From positions 2,115,270 through 2,179,269 of the forward strand of contig SMSO01000007.1 of NCBI GenBank assembly GCA_004764695.1: DNA of 64,000 nucleotides, written 5' to 3'. Each line of letters starts with the position of its first letter. The first letter of the stretch is position 1. This document shows positions 1 through 11,830 of the stretch, in pieces. The notes beneath the pieces were generated by a model. The model saw nothing but the letters and a program-made list of their open reading frames with translations. It was not told the DNA's origin and did no database searches. The translations under genes were made by a program, and so were the position numbers. This stretch comes from Schizochytrium sp. TIO01 (lineage: Eukaryota > Protista > Bigyra: Labyrinthulomycetes).

Positions 1-634
1 GTATTAAGAGAGAAAGGGTTGGAAATAAAAAGTTATTCCGTGAGGGAGTAAGGTTTGGGAGTTGGGCGAATAGAGATCGCTGAGAGGAGGAAAATTCAAA
101 AGTTCTTACTCACATACACTGGCGTATTACCTCACGAAAAGTATCAGTGGCGGCCGATTCAACCGTGCCGCCCAGTTTTTGCCAAAGCAAGGAAGAGAAA
201 GGCGCTCGCTCTCTCCAGACCCGCAACTGTTCGGTTCCTTAGGCGCTGCTGTCTCGGACCGTGGCACGCTCCTCTCCTGCTGTCTCCGTTTGCAAGACCT
301 TTCATTGACGTTGCTTTCGCTATCGTCACTCTAAAGAGACCTTGATCGTCTTCTTGGCGCCTTCGGAGAGCCCAAATCGTACCACCGCGGGGCAGGATCT
401 TGACAAGCCCTAGCAAGGTTCGCAACGTCATCAAGTTTACGAAGAGAAAACTGTTCTTCTCTTCACATCGAGACCTTCGTGTTGGAGTTATTGCAAAATC
501 TATCTGGCCTCGCAGAAGGGGCATTCTCGTAGAAGCCAGGCGAGTGCTCGCTAGCTTGGTGGAACCATAGAAATAGAAAGAGACTTACTAGCTTCGTTGG
601 CGAATTTAGTCTCGTTTTAAATTTGCGATCAAAG

Positions 635-1808
635 ATGTCCGCTGCACAACTTGCTGCTGAGGAGCAGGAAAACTATGCTGGCAACCAGATGGTATGTTAC
701 CGTAGGACAAAATGTATATATTCGGACGAAGAACAGACAAACTGACAGTTTCTGATGTGTAAATGTGTGAAATTGCTTGTATTGAATGGTACATGTGTAA
801 TATGAATATGCATTCGTTGTGTTATAACAGGATGCCGAAGAAGATGAAAGTGGCCCTCAGCTGATTGAGACCCTCGAGCACCATGGTATCAGCGCCACAG
901 ACGTAAAGAAGCTCAAGGAGGCCGGATTTCACACTGTAGAGGCCGTGGCATGGTCCACGCTGCGTAGCTTGTGTGAAGTCAAGGGCGTTAGTGAGAATAA
1001 AGCCACCAAAATTCAACAGGCCGCACAAAAACTTTTGCCCATGGGCTTTGTTACCGCCACAGAGCATCTCAAGATGCGCCAAGATACAATTATGCTTTCT
1101 ACTGGAAGTAAAGATCTTGATGAGCTCCTTGGTGGTGGTATCGAAACAGGCTCAATTACCGAGCTGTATGGTGAGTTCCGCACTGGTAAGACGCAGCTTT
1201 GCCATACACTTTGTGTAACTTGCCAGCTTCCTACTTCGCAGGGTGGCGGTGAGGGTAAGGCCATCGTTGTAGACACGGAAGGTACTTTTCGCAGTGAGAA
1301 TCTCACGAAAATCGCTGAGCGTTTTGGTCTCAGTGTCGAGGATGTTCTTGACAATGTTGCCGTTGCTCGTGCTCAAAACTCTGAGCATCAAATGCAGCTA
1401 CTAGCTCAGGCATCAGCCATGATGGCTGAGTCCCGTTATGCCCTCATTGTTGTCGATAGTGCTACTGCTCTTTTCCGCACCGACTATCAAGGTCGTGGTG
1501 AGCTCGCCGAGCGTCAGCAGAACCTCGCGCAGTTTATGCGCCAGCTGCAGCGCCTTGCAAATGAGTATGGTGTAGCAGTTGTTATCACCAACCAAGTTGT
1601 TGCCAGCCCAGACTCTGGTGTTTTTGCTGGCGAGGCAATGCGTCCCATTGGAGGAAACATTATTGCACATGCTTCTCAAACCCGTTTGAAGCTTCGTAAG
1701 GGCCGTGGTGAGACCCGTATTTGCAAGGTCATTGATTCCCCAACTTTGCCGGAAGCCGACGCTACATTTGCCATTACTGGCGCCGGTATTGCGGATGCGT
1801 CTGACTAA
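635..1808 (+). CDS. RAD51: RAD51 recombinase; exon 1 635..691, intron 692..830, exon 2 831..1808 (~344 aa)
   Basis: ATG at 635 (aaagATG) gives [19 protein letters not shown], then GTATGT donor at 692 and ...ataacAG acceptor ending at 830. The phase-0 join to [40 protein letters not shown] restores the RAD51 N-terminal domain in frame with ORF 945..1808. Walker A GEFRTGKT, Walker B LIVVDS, plus RAD51-type [48 protein letters not shown]. Confidence 0.95.
692..830 (+). other. Spliceosomal GT-AG intron in RAD51 (139 nt)
   Basis: GTATGT...ACAG ends, AT-rich, removal restores a continuous RAD51 reading frame. Confidence 0.9.
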
Positions 1809-4555
1809 TTTGCTTTTGCACGGAATTTCAATCTCCACGCTTTTTTACATTAAAATCTTTCCTTTAATCTGATTATGTCTGTATTTGTGTCTAACATGAC
1901 ATACTATAAAAACCCCAATCTTAAATTTGATGATACCGACCGTAATTTTATCTCATTAGGTATGTGCTCTTGGTGCTGCTCCTGCATTTTCTACCTGTGG
2001 TGATTGATGACAGTTCAAAACTTACTTGTGAAGAGGTAGGACTTCTTTCTGTGCGAAAGTTAGTTCCTGTTTTGAATTTTAAAACATACACAAAAACACA
2101 TTTATCTTGTCTCGTTGCTCAGAGATAGGTAGAACATGCCATAAGCGGCATTGTGCTTTAGTTCGTCCACTGCTTCCGGAGTTTGGTCTCAGTGTTGCTT
2201 ATATGAAGCGACGCTTTCTGGTAATTAGGTTCCGGGTGATTGCAGTTGATACCTTTGCCTGGGACGTTCTTCAATTTTTTCTGGATTGGCTGTATACTTT
2301 TGCTCGCTTTCCGTGTGGCAAAGCGCGCCCCTCTATCTCCTGTGGTTTCTCATTCGCTTCTCTAGTCTCGTAGACTGATAATGTAAAATACTCTACTTCG
2401 AACTTTATGCAGTAGAAAGCGCAAACGAGAACTTGACGCTTTGACTCAGTGCTGCGTTGAGCACAAATTGCCATAAAACGAAGAAGAATAAGAAGGGGGC
2501 ATGATGTGGGGAAGGCAAGGCAAGAGACTCCTTTCTCTTCATAAGCAAAGGCTTTTATAGTACGTATCTATCTAGTACCTAATTAAGGAGATTAACCATT
2601 GGTTGTCACCAATTACATCCGTTCCAGCTCCAAAAGGAAGCATACCTACAGCAAATAAGAGCGCACAAAACCCGACTTCTGTTGGAAAGTGCAAGTGACT
2701 ACTAATATGAAGATTGCCAAGCCTAATAAATTATACTGGAACATAGGTGTGTATCGCTGAGTCTCAACCAGAGGAAGGGGAGCGCATGCTTTATGTAGGG
2801 TTTGGGAAGTGTTCCGAGACGCTGAAGTGCTTCCCCCAGGATTTAATGCAGTCAAAGATGACCCAGCTTAAGTTCGTTTTAGAAGTTTCAAATGAGGACC
2901 CTGGAATTGCAGATTAGTTGAATGGCAAATACTACCGTATGCAGCTGACAACGAAGGAGTTAGTCAGGCTAGAATGTTGCTTGAAAGAACAGTATTGGCT
3001 TAGGGTAGAAGAAGGAAGAAGTTATACAAGCTTTAAATACCTTTGTTCTTGCAAATTGGGATTGGGAAGCTGAAGTCCTCAGTATTTAGGTTGAAGTTGA
3101 AAGTTTTAAACCAAAGAAAAGATGAGGAAAACATATATTACTTCCGCAACTCAGGACCATGAGTGATATGATAAAATAAAACCATGCTTTACAAAACAAT
3201 TTCGATCATTTAAATCTACAGAGGGGTGATGGAGGTGTTTGTTTGTCCGCCTCTAAGACAAGAAGACGCAACAAAAAACTTTCAATATCTGGCCGTGCTA
3301 TACGTCAAACCAATCTTCTCGCAGATGCTATGCGATCTTGATAATTCATAGCCATGTATGATGTATATACGCCCATTGTTAAGTTTCTCGTATCCTACAC
3401 AGTCCAACAAGATCATCTGTCGTCTGCGCCTATGTTGCAGCACTGACCCTCTAGCTATGGTGGGCTGGCTGCTGCTCAACTTTTCAGTGTGTCTCCCTTT
3501 CCTTGTCAACCACTCTTTATTGTGCACTTATCTCTTCTTTTTGACTTTTTACTTTTACTTTTTCTTTTCTAGAGAAATAAGTGCGGAAACTAAAGAGCCG
3601 AAGCAAAAGAGAAACGAGAAAGAGAGAGGAGCGATGATGCCCAAGTAAACTCAGCGATCTAGAAGTGTAGGTGAAGGTTCGCGGACTCTACGGTAGGGCG
3701 GAAAAGCTCGTCCCTACAAGTCAAGTTAGCAAAGGCGAGAACACTTTGCTATTTGTGCTTCATGAGCCCTCATTCAAAGAAAATGTCACAAGACAATCAG
3801 AACCTCAATTGTTTCTCTCGCCTTGTTGTGTTAAAACTCACTTTCTCTCTCTCCTCTCAATTTTGAATATTTTTTTGTTCGTCTGCAAAGCTTCTCTACA
3901 AATGAGAGAGAGCGACGAGAGAGAATTAATTCTCGACCAGAATCATATAATACTCGTGGTGAAAATAATAAAAAATAGGATGGAGGAATAAATCAACCAA
4001 TTCTATTAAATTCGGCAGCACCATTCAATAAGAAGTGGTAGTAATAGCGGGTACCTGAACCATCTTATCTCTTTGCAGATGGTTCCTCCCTTTCTGTTGA
4101 TGAACGGGTAATAATAGCACCCACTCCTACTTCAGCAGTTATTTGTTTGCAGTAGCAGCAACTGCGCATCACTAGTATTACAAAATTAGTAAAGCCCCAT
4201 GGTCTTGACAGGTGGGACTTGCAAACTACTACTACCACTACTACCTACCGCAAAAAGAAGATGCTAATCATCCTTTCCACGGTCTCCACAGGGTCTTCAA
4301 GCATCTGCAACCCATCCATCTCCAGGCGAGACAGCAGCATGAGCAACCCAAGGCAAGGTTGCTGCTGCAACGCGCGTCGAAAGTTGCGCGGATTGCTTTA
4401 TAACTCCTCTTTTTGTTGCTTGACCAGACACGCCAATTCTTTCGTGTAGAATCCACAGTGAATGAAGTTGCCTGACTCGCAGAGAACTGTAGTAATATTA
4501 ATTTTTGTGGGGAGAAAGATACCAATATCTGACCAATAATCCCCTACAATAACAA

Positions 4556-4605
4556 AGCAGCAGCAGCAGCAGCAGAGCACAGAAGAAGAAGAAGAAGAAG
4601 AAGAA
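4556..4605 (+). repeat. Compound (CAG)n/(GAA)n microsatellite downstream of the 4691..7294 gene
   Basis: agcagcagcagcagcagcag followed by agaagaagaagaagaag. Confidence 0.85.
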
Positions 4606-4690
4606 AGAGCAAAGCGCAAGTTTTGATCCTTTCTTCGCCGGCAACTGGTTAAGCTCTGGTGAACCAAGAGGAAAGGAAATATTCCTCTTG

Positions 4691-7294
4691 TTAGAACATT
4701 GGTGGGAGCGCAACGACATTTGCATAAAGGTCTGTGACATCTTGAAAGGTGAGCTGTATCATGACACCCTTGTTTGTGGACTTTCCAACAATGCGGGCAC
4801 GGTAGCGCAGCACAGCAGAGGTGTTATTGCGGGTGGACACGATTGAGTGGCCCCAGATGGTTTCTCCTTGAGCCAGCTTTACTTCCTGCCTGCACTGCTT
4901 GATAGCATGGACAATCCAGGCATCGTAGAGGGGGGAATTGGAGAGCATGAGTGGCTTGCCCACCGGGTTGACGCCAGTGAGCTTCTCAAACGCCGGGTCA
5001 ATGCTCACGCAAACGAAGGGAGTTCCATCCATAGCATATTCAGCTAACGCCTTGAATTCCTCGCGATCTGGTAGCACGGATGACTTTTGCGGGCAGATGA
5101 AATCGAAGGAAAGCCGTGGGTCATTCTGGGAAAAGAGTTCACCAAGGCGGTTTGACACGGACTTGTTGAAGAGCTGTTGAACTACTTCATACTTCTGAGA
5201 GAAAGCCTCTCTGGGCAAAGTGCACAAAGACTCGAAGACTTCGTATGCCACAACTGAATTGTCTGGAGAAGCACCTGCAGCTTCTACGTGCGACAGAAAG
5301 TCCTGCCTGGAGCGGGGCAGTTTCATCGTGCTTGCTTCGTCAGCAGACCTCGTTCGCAACGGGGGTGCCTTGGAGACTTGTTTAAGGTTCGCCTGTTCTC
5401 TTGCGTATTCATCCTGAGGGAATGCGCGCTTCCTGTTGAGTTCTGCTGCCGAGGCGACAGCTGGGCGGTCAGAGCCGTCTCTATGGTCTTGCTGGCGCTG
5501 CTGGTACTGGAAAGGGCGCTGCTGATGTTGTTGTTGATAGTATTGTGGTTGCTGTTGCTGCTCTTGTTGCCATGCTTGCTGTCTTTGCTGCATGGAGCCT
5601 TGCCCATAGGTTGTTGGAGAGGCCTGATGATGGTCAGGTCCGGCCGGTGATTGTGCGCTACCCGGAGACTCCTCGTTGGTGACAAAGAGGCCGTGCTGGA
5701 AAGCATCGTAATTCGAGTGTGCAGGCTGCCTGGCATCAGGGCCGACAGGTGACTTGGTTTCTGGAGAAAGCCTGGCATCAGGAGCTCCACCTTCCGCAGA
5801 GCTCGTTTCGCTCATAGCTGTTGAGGCAAAGCCAGAGCTCGAAGACCGGTGTAGACGCTTCTCATTAGACGAATTGTTTGCCATGCGTTGTGAGGACGCC
5901 GTCGAGGCACCAGACTTTTGGCGTTGGGAGATATCTTGAGGTGGCGGAGGGGCACCGTCAGAGTCCGTAGTAGCAAAGCTTTCCTTACTACCATTGCCAT
6001 TAACGTTTCCGTCTGGGGAAAAAGGTTCCCCGGAATACATGTACTGCTGTTGCTGAAAGTGCTGCTGATGGGGATTGTGCATGTGCTGATAGGGATGGTG
6101 GTACTGCGGGGTCGGCATAAAATATTGACTGTGTTGTTGCTGGTTTGGTGGTTGCTGGGGATAATAAGGCGATGGGGGTTGTTGCTGTTGCTGTTGATAA
6201 TAGGGTTGCTGATGTTGAGGTGGTGGGTATTGCTGACCGTGAGAGTGGAGGGGAAGGTATTCATGTGAGTGACGTGACTGAAAAGGTGCGTAGGCAGCCG
6301 GAGCTGAGTGGTTTCGCGCATAAGGTTTTATATGGGCATCCTGCATTAAAGGGGGTGGTGGGGGCTGGTACATTGGCTGCATATTTTGATAGTTCACCGA
6401 TGCAGCAGCAGAAGTTCCCGCACTAGACGAGGATGCCGACGAGCGGTGGGAGGGCAACATGTTTGACATGGAAGAGGAAGATGTTGAAGCAATGCTGTTG
6501 TGTCCTTCTTCAGCCTGCCTTTCATGGAAACCTTTAATTTTCCACCCGCGTTTGCCAATTTGCACGGATGAATCGTTTTCGAAGCAGGGCCAGACACGTT
6601 CCGCCCTGAGATGTCTGAGCAGGTCCCTTTCGACGGCATTAGGGAAAGGCTTACACCTGTTGTTTGCCATAACAATCGATTTGAGTGCGTCTTTGAAAGC
6701 TCGAGGGCTATCCTTAGGCAAGGACCTCCGTGTTTTCAGCCATGCCTCGTAGCACTCCCTGCTCAGAATGCCTGACGCATCGACCTCATCATCTGTACTA
6801 TAGTCTGCATTAGCTGGTCGCACGAAGCGCATAAAGACTTCGAATGAGGTTTGCCCGCACACATTTACGCGGTCCACGCCGCTATCCACCTCAACCATGG
6901 CCTGGCTCTTCGTTGTAGAGGGTTTCCTGATGATGTTGGGCTGGAGTTGGTGATAGTGTTGATCCTGTTGCAATTCCTCTTGACCAAGGCTCTCGAAAGT
7001 CTCTTGGATGCCCTGGTCGATGTAGTATTGTTGTTGTGGTTGCTGCTGGTGGTTCCACTCGGGTGTAAGGCCCATGCACCACCGATCCCGCCGAAATCTT
7101 CTCCTCGAAGAGGCCGCGCACGGGCTCCGTCTCGCCCACGCTGTTTGCCTCGGCGGCGCCGTGGTGGCGGCCTCCCACAGTACCTCTCCTTGCGGTGACT
7201 GCGGGATAACTTGGTCTTGCTGCTTCGCGGCGATCGACCACACAGCTGCGCTTTCCACCGCCGCGACGGGGGAACCCGCAAGCACGCCGGGCAT
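4691..7294 (-). CDS. Putative transcription regulator: unrecognised N-terminal globular domain, long Q/P/H/S-rich linker, C-terminal PAS-like domain; start codon uncertain
   Basis: 867-aa intronless ORF with poly-Q/P/H tracts. The C-terminus has FVCVSIDPAFEKLTG...GETIWGHSIVSTRNN...IQLTFQDVTD, resembling the PAS N.AF..LTG start and D(I/V)T end. The coding call is strong; the function is inferred. Confidence 0.8.
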   Translation of the reverse strand: MPGVLAGSPVAAVESAAVWSIAAKQQDQVIPQSPQGEVLWEAATTAPPRQTAWARRSPCAASSRRRFRRDRWCMGLTPEWNHQQQPQQQYYIDQGIQETFESLGQEELQQDQHYHQLQPNIIRKPSTTKSQAMVEVDSGVDRVNVCGQTSFEVFMRFVRPANADYSTDDEVDASGILSRECYEAWLKTRRSLPKDSPRAFKDALKSIVMANNRCKPFPNAVERDLLRHLRAERVWPCFENDSSVQIGKRGWKIKGFHERQAEEGHNSIASTSSSSMSNMLPSHRSSASSSSAGTSAAASVNYQNMQPMYQPPPPPLMQDAHIKPYARNHSAPAAYAPFQSRHSHEYLPLHSHGQQYPPPQHQQPYYQQQQQQPPSPYYPQQPPNQQQHSQYFMPTPQYHHPYQHMHNPHQQHFQQQQYMYSGEPFSPDGNVNGNGSKESFATTDSDGAPPPPQDISQRQKSGASTASSQRMANNSSNEKRLHRSSSSGFASTAMSETSSAEGGAPDARLSPETKSPVGPDARQPAHSNYDAFQHGLFVTNEESPGSAQSPAGPDHHQASPTTYGQGSMQQRQQAWQQEQQQQPQYYQQQHQQRPFQYQQRQQDHRDGSDRPAVASAAELNRKRAFPQDEYAREQANLKQVSKAPPLRTRSADEASTMKLPRSRQDFLSHVEAAGASPDNSVVAYEVFESLCTLPREAFSQKYEVVQQLFNKSVSNRLGELFSQNDPRLSFDFICPQKSSVLPDREEFKALAEYAMDGTPFVCVSIDPAFEKLTGVNPVGKPLMLSNSPLYDAWIVHAIKQCRQEVKLAQGETIWGHSIVSTRNNTSAVLRYRARIVGKSTNKGVMIQLTFQDVTDLYANVVALPPMF

Positions 7295-7599
7295 GCAAGC
7301 CTATCGGCCTGCGAGCACCTGACCTCCTGCTCTGTACCTGTAGCTTGCCGCTCTGAAGCTACCTGCTCCTCTTGTGCGCCACGATATATTTGCTTCCGTC
7401 CGTGCTAATAATATCTGCAGAGCTGCGTCAACTTCCTTCCTACAGCCTCCGCTTCTTCCGTGGCGATATCCTCAACTACTATTAAGGAAAACTCGGCCTG
7501 CCTGTATGCCCGTTGATAGCAGAACCTAATGACTAACCCCTCCGCTAGAGGAGTGCTACGTAGGTAGCTCTTTAGTAGGTAAGTGAGTCAGTAAGTAAG

Positions 7600-7790
7600 C
7601 GAGTGAGTGAGTGAGTGAGTGAGTGAAGTAACTTCTCTACGTAAGAAGAGAAGAGTGAACTACTGATGGACCACTACTACTTTGGAGTCTAGCCGACAGC
7701 TAGTTGGTCGCTATAGTTTGATTCTCTAGCTAGAAACTAATTAACTAACTAACTAACTAACTAACTCCAGCTAGCTAAACTAAACTAACT
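7600..7790 (+). repeat. Short (GAGT)n and (CTAA)n microsatellites upstream of the PAS-domain gene
   Basis: gagtgagtgagt... at ~7600-7625; ctaactaactaa... at ~7737-7766. Confidence 0.8.
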
Positions 7791-8862
7791 CACCAGCTTA
7801 CGAGAAAAACGAGCAAGGATCTCTTTGTTGCTCAGGTTTGGGTGTTGCTTGCTTGCTCCGCTTACTTATTGCCTTGCTGGTCCCTTGAATCTGGGTTCCT
7901 TTCGCTTTGCCCGGTCGGCGATTTGGGATTTGGGCTGTCCTTAGAAGATCCAGGGCCTGAACGAACAGGGCAGAGCGAGATAAAGAGAGAATAGAAATAA
8001 AGAGTGAACGAACGAACGAAAGAAAGAAAGAAAGAGTGAAAGAGAAAAGGAAAAGCTCGAAGAGACTTGAGCCCTCACTGACGAGAGTCGTCGGCTAAAG
8101 GGCGCTCAACACTCCAGGACGCTCGTTGCAGTCCTCGTCGAGGCCAGCTCGGTGCCACCCCGCGTCGCCTTCGCTTTTCCCGTTTCTTGTTTTCCACTCG
8201 TGATAGGACCTCGACTGCTTGTTTGCTATGAGCGAATGTGATCCTGCCTGACCTAAGAAAGAAGGAAACCAAGCGAGCTCTACCCCAAGGCCCCTTGCCA
8301 GCAAACTCAGCGAGGCGTTGGTCGGGTAACAGCTGCGTCTTGCTCGGGAGGCGAGCAGGAGCTTTGTTCGCTCGTCCGGTGGACTCCGGTTGAAGAGTGA
8401 AAAAACAGGAACAGCAGCAGCAGCAGCAGCAGCGACCAAGAGAGACGGAGACTCACAACTTATAGCTCGATTCGACTTGCCTCGTCTAAAGCTGCTCGAG
8501 CTAGACAAGTGAAGCCCGCCTCAGGTTTGAGCTTTGCCGCTGCTTCCGCTCCTGCTGGCTGCTGGACCGGTGCCTCCTCTAGGTCACTGTCCGAGCGAGT
8601 CGCCGCGAAGGTCTTTGCCTCTTCGAAGGCCTGCGAATTAGACGCCGATGCCACTGCCGCTGCTTTGTTAGTTTGCTCGCGCTCCGACGATGCCGATCAA
8701 AACAAAGGACCGTACACGAAAATAATAATAAGTATTTGCCACAGCTCCGAGGTAGATCGTCAGAAGAGAATGCACTCGGAGAGAAGTAGCGCCTAGCAGG
8801 CAAGTCGAGATGCCGACGGGTTGTGAGCTCTCGCTTTGTTGTCACCAATTCGCTCGCCTGCT

Positions 8863-9186
8863 GTTTGTTTGTTTGTTTGTTTGTTTGTTTGTTTGTTTGT
8901 TTGTTTGTTTGTTTGTTTGTTTGTTTGTTTGTTTGTTTGTTTGTTTGTTTGTTTGTTTGTTTGTTTGTTTGTTTGTTTGTTTGTTTGTTTGTTTGTTTGT
9001 TTGTTTGTTTGTTTGTTTGTTTGTTTGTTTGTTTGTTTGTTTGTTTGTTTGTTTGTTTGTTTGTTTGTTTGTTTGTTTGTTTGTTTGTTTGTTTGTTTGT
9101 TTGTTTGTTTGTTTGTTTGTTTGTTTGTTTGTTTGTTTGTTTGTTTGTTTGTTTGTTTGTTTGTTTGTTTGTTTGTTTGTTTGTTT
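8863..9186 (+). repeat. (GTTT)n perfect microsatellite, ~81 units
   Basis: Uninterrupted gttt run. Confidence 0.98.
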
Positions 9187-11157
9187 AAAGATTAAAAAAC
9201 TTAAATACTTAAACAATTGTTTATTGCTATAGAGAAAAAGTTTGAATTAACAGACCACCGAGTACAACCTTTTACTTATTTTCGCTCAGCCTAGGAAACT
9301 AAAAACTGCATCCTTAATTAAAAATATATATATATTATGTTAAATTAAAATATATATAATAAAATAGAAACAAATAATAATAAACGCTTTAATATTTTTT
9401 TAATTTTTATTTTTAAAGTATCGGGTGTTAAAGAGAAGAATCATTATGCTGTCGAGTCGACACGATAGAAGAGCGCATTCATTACTAATGCGAGCGACCA
9501 ATGAACGCAACGATAAATAAAAGAACGAGCAAATAAAATTCCCCCTTTTCATTTTCTTTCTTTATTTGTTTAAAAAGAGTAAAGGGATTACCAAAAAAAA
9601 AGAAAGAAAAAAGGGTGTACGAATTCAATTGATGCGTATGGGAGGAAACGAAAAGAAGGCAATCAGTGCGCAAATACCCACCAGAAGACGGCTTTCTGTA
9701 GCGAGCCAAACGTTGCCTTCTTGTTTGCCCCTCTATCCGCTCCTCGAGTAGCCAGGCACCGGCCTACAGCAAAGAGAGTGTGAACAATGACTTAGTACCT
9801 TCCTTCCACATGAAAGTCACAATTTATCATTATTCCAAACACTTCTTAAGAGTTAGTTGATTTGTCGTCTCTCTCTGAGAAGAAATAGAAAAAGGAAAAG
9901 AGGTGAAAAAAGATAAAGCTTCACCTTATAAAAAATAAACAAAGCCTACTTTTAGGTATGTATCACTTAAAAAAAGAACTTGTTTGAAGTAAATGACACT
10001 ACACTGCCCTGGTAATATATTTTATATTTTATATTTTAACATACTAAACTTAGTATTCGCTCCCTAGTTGAAAGAGAACCTTTGTCCTCTAGAGGGGGGT
10101 GTTCCATAGTGGTTGGATTATTATTAGAGTTTTCACGATTTTAGATACTGTTTCTCATATCATCTTTCATCATACTCTTTCTGGTGTTGAGAAAATAATA
10201 AGGAGGAGGTACCAAGGTACTCTTAACTATATTGAATAAAGATCCTAACATAACTGTTACTTTATGGTGATACAAATAAAAACTTTACTTCATAGCAGCC
10301 TTCCTGCGAATTATGATTTATAGAAAGAACTGTAAAGAGGCCAACAAATTCAGAGGAAATTTTATTCTATATTTGAATATGTAGCCTATATAATATATAA
10401 CACGTTTTACCCCTCCAGAAATCAAGTTGTAAATATTTATATAAAATGTATAAACATATATATAAATAGATTTACCAAAATCAAATTTACAAATGAAATC
10501 GAAAAGAAGAGAACTCACCAATAGGTAGTAGCAGAGCCATAGGCACATAATTACATCAGATATCTAGAAATTGAAGTGATCGCCACTCTCTTACGAAATG
10601 GAACATATCATCATATGAATAACCTAGGACCTAGATACTACGCTGTCCTGTTGTTTCGATGCCATTAGAACGTCAAGGACATCCACCACAAACATAGTGT
10701 ATATACGAATACCATTTGTAGCAATATTAAACCAAACATGCGGAGGAAATCAATCAATCGACCAATCAATCAAAATCTTCTCATTGACAAATTGATAATG
10801 CCAGTCTACAAGAATTGACTACGCTCAATCAGCTATTCTTTGTGTTGTTTTTGCATTGATCAAAGTCACCGGATCTGTTATCTTAGAAATGAATCGAGCA
10901 TAGCACCTGCGCGAAGGACAGCGATAACGATGCTTGCATGAAATCTATTCCAATTCCAGCAGCCGAGACTCTCAAATCTCTGGAAGCACTTAGTAACTAA
11001 GTCCTCTCGAAGAATCATAGCGACTTCTGCTCGCTGAAGCAACCAGCCACCTGGCTCCTTTCGTTTCTGATTGTACAATATAGTAAATGCTCTCAATCAA
11101 CGACTCAGCCAGTTCTTGAACACAAAGGAGATGGCATCCGCTTTCTTTTGGTCGTTC

Positions 11158-11235
11158 CGTTTGTTTGTTTGTTGTTCCGTTTGTTTGTTTGTTTGTTTGT
11201 TTATTTGTTTGTTTTGTTGGTTGGTTGGTTGGTTC
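11158..11235 (+). repeat. Degenerate (GTTT)/(GGTT)n microsatellite
   Basis: Directly visible. Confidence 0.85.
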
Positions 11236-11689
11236 ATTTGCTTTCTAGATTGCCAACAGCTCGTTCTGGGTCCGAAGGAAGCTTCTTTCTCATACACGTA
11301 AGCGAATCAGTGAAGTATGGGCACACTATGAAAGAGCAAGACGTGCTTTTTAAACAGGCGAATATACAGGCCAACTCAAACTAACTCAAAGCAACTCAAA
11401 GCAACTCAAAAAAGCAACTCAAAAAAGCAGCCAACAAAGAGTTCACAGCAAAAGGCCATCTGGACAGAGAGCCAACGAGGCTGCTTTGCGGCAGCACTTT
11501 ACTTAATGCACAAGCTTCCTCGTTCTCGAAGCTTCTTGCTCGCAGTTGAAAGCCTCGGAGAATCTTCTCCTTCTATAGCTAGCAGGTCCTACTCCACTTC
11601 TTCTTCAGCCTCGCCGTCCTCCTTTAAAGAGAGGTGTTGCATGAGTGCCTAATATGAGGCCCAACAGTCCGGTCCAAAGTGCCAGTTTT

Positions 11690-11830
11690 TATATTCATTC
11701 ATTCATACATTCATTCATTTAGTTGTTTGTTTGTTTGTTTGTTTGTTTGTTTGTTTGTTTGTTTGTTTGTTTGTTTGTTTGTTTGTTTATTTGTTTGTTT
11801 GTTTGTTTGTTTGTTTGTTTGTCTGTTTGT
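11690..11830 (+). repeat. (ATTC)n followed by (GTTT)n microsatellite
   Basis: Directly visible. Confidence 0.9.

Noticed and set aside
159-524. 121-aa minus-strand ORF divergent from RAD51
   Set aside because: No recognisable motif; may be UTR or first exon of a gene outside the window
945-1808. ORF-track start at 945 and a DMC1 assignment
   Set aside because: 945 is a GTG inside exon 2; the true start is the spliced ATG at 635. Most diagnostic positions are RAD51-type.
2740-3070. Protein-like broken frames (e.g. MTQLKFVLEVSNEDPGIAD*LNGKYYRMQL)
   Set aside because: No family recognisable; cannot be separated from chance
8810-9232. ORFs of FVCL/QTNK repeats, and similar ones at 11.7, 13.1, 16.2, 17.3, 20.4, 23.1 and 27.6 kb
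   Set aside because: Translations of stop-free microsatellites
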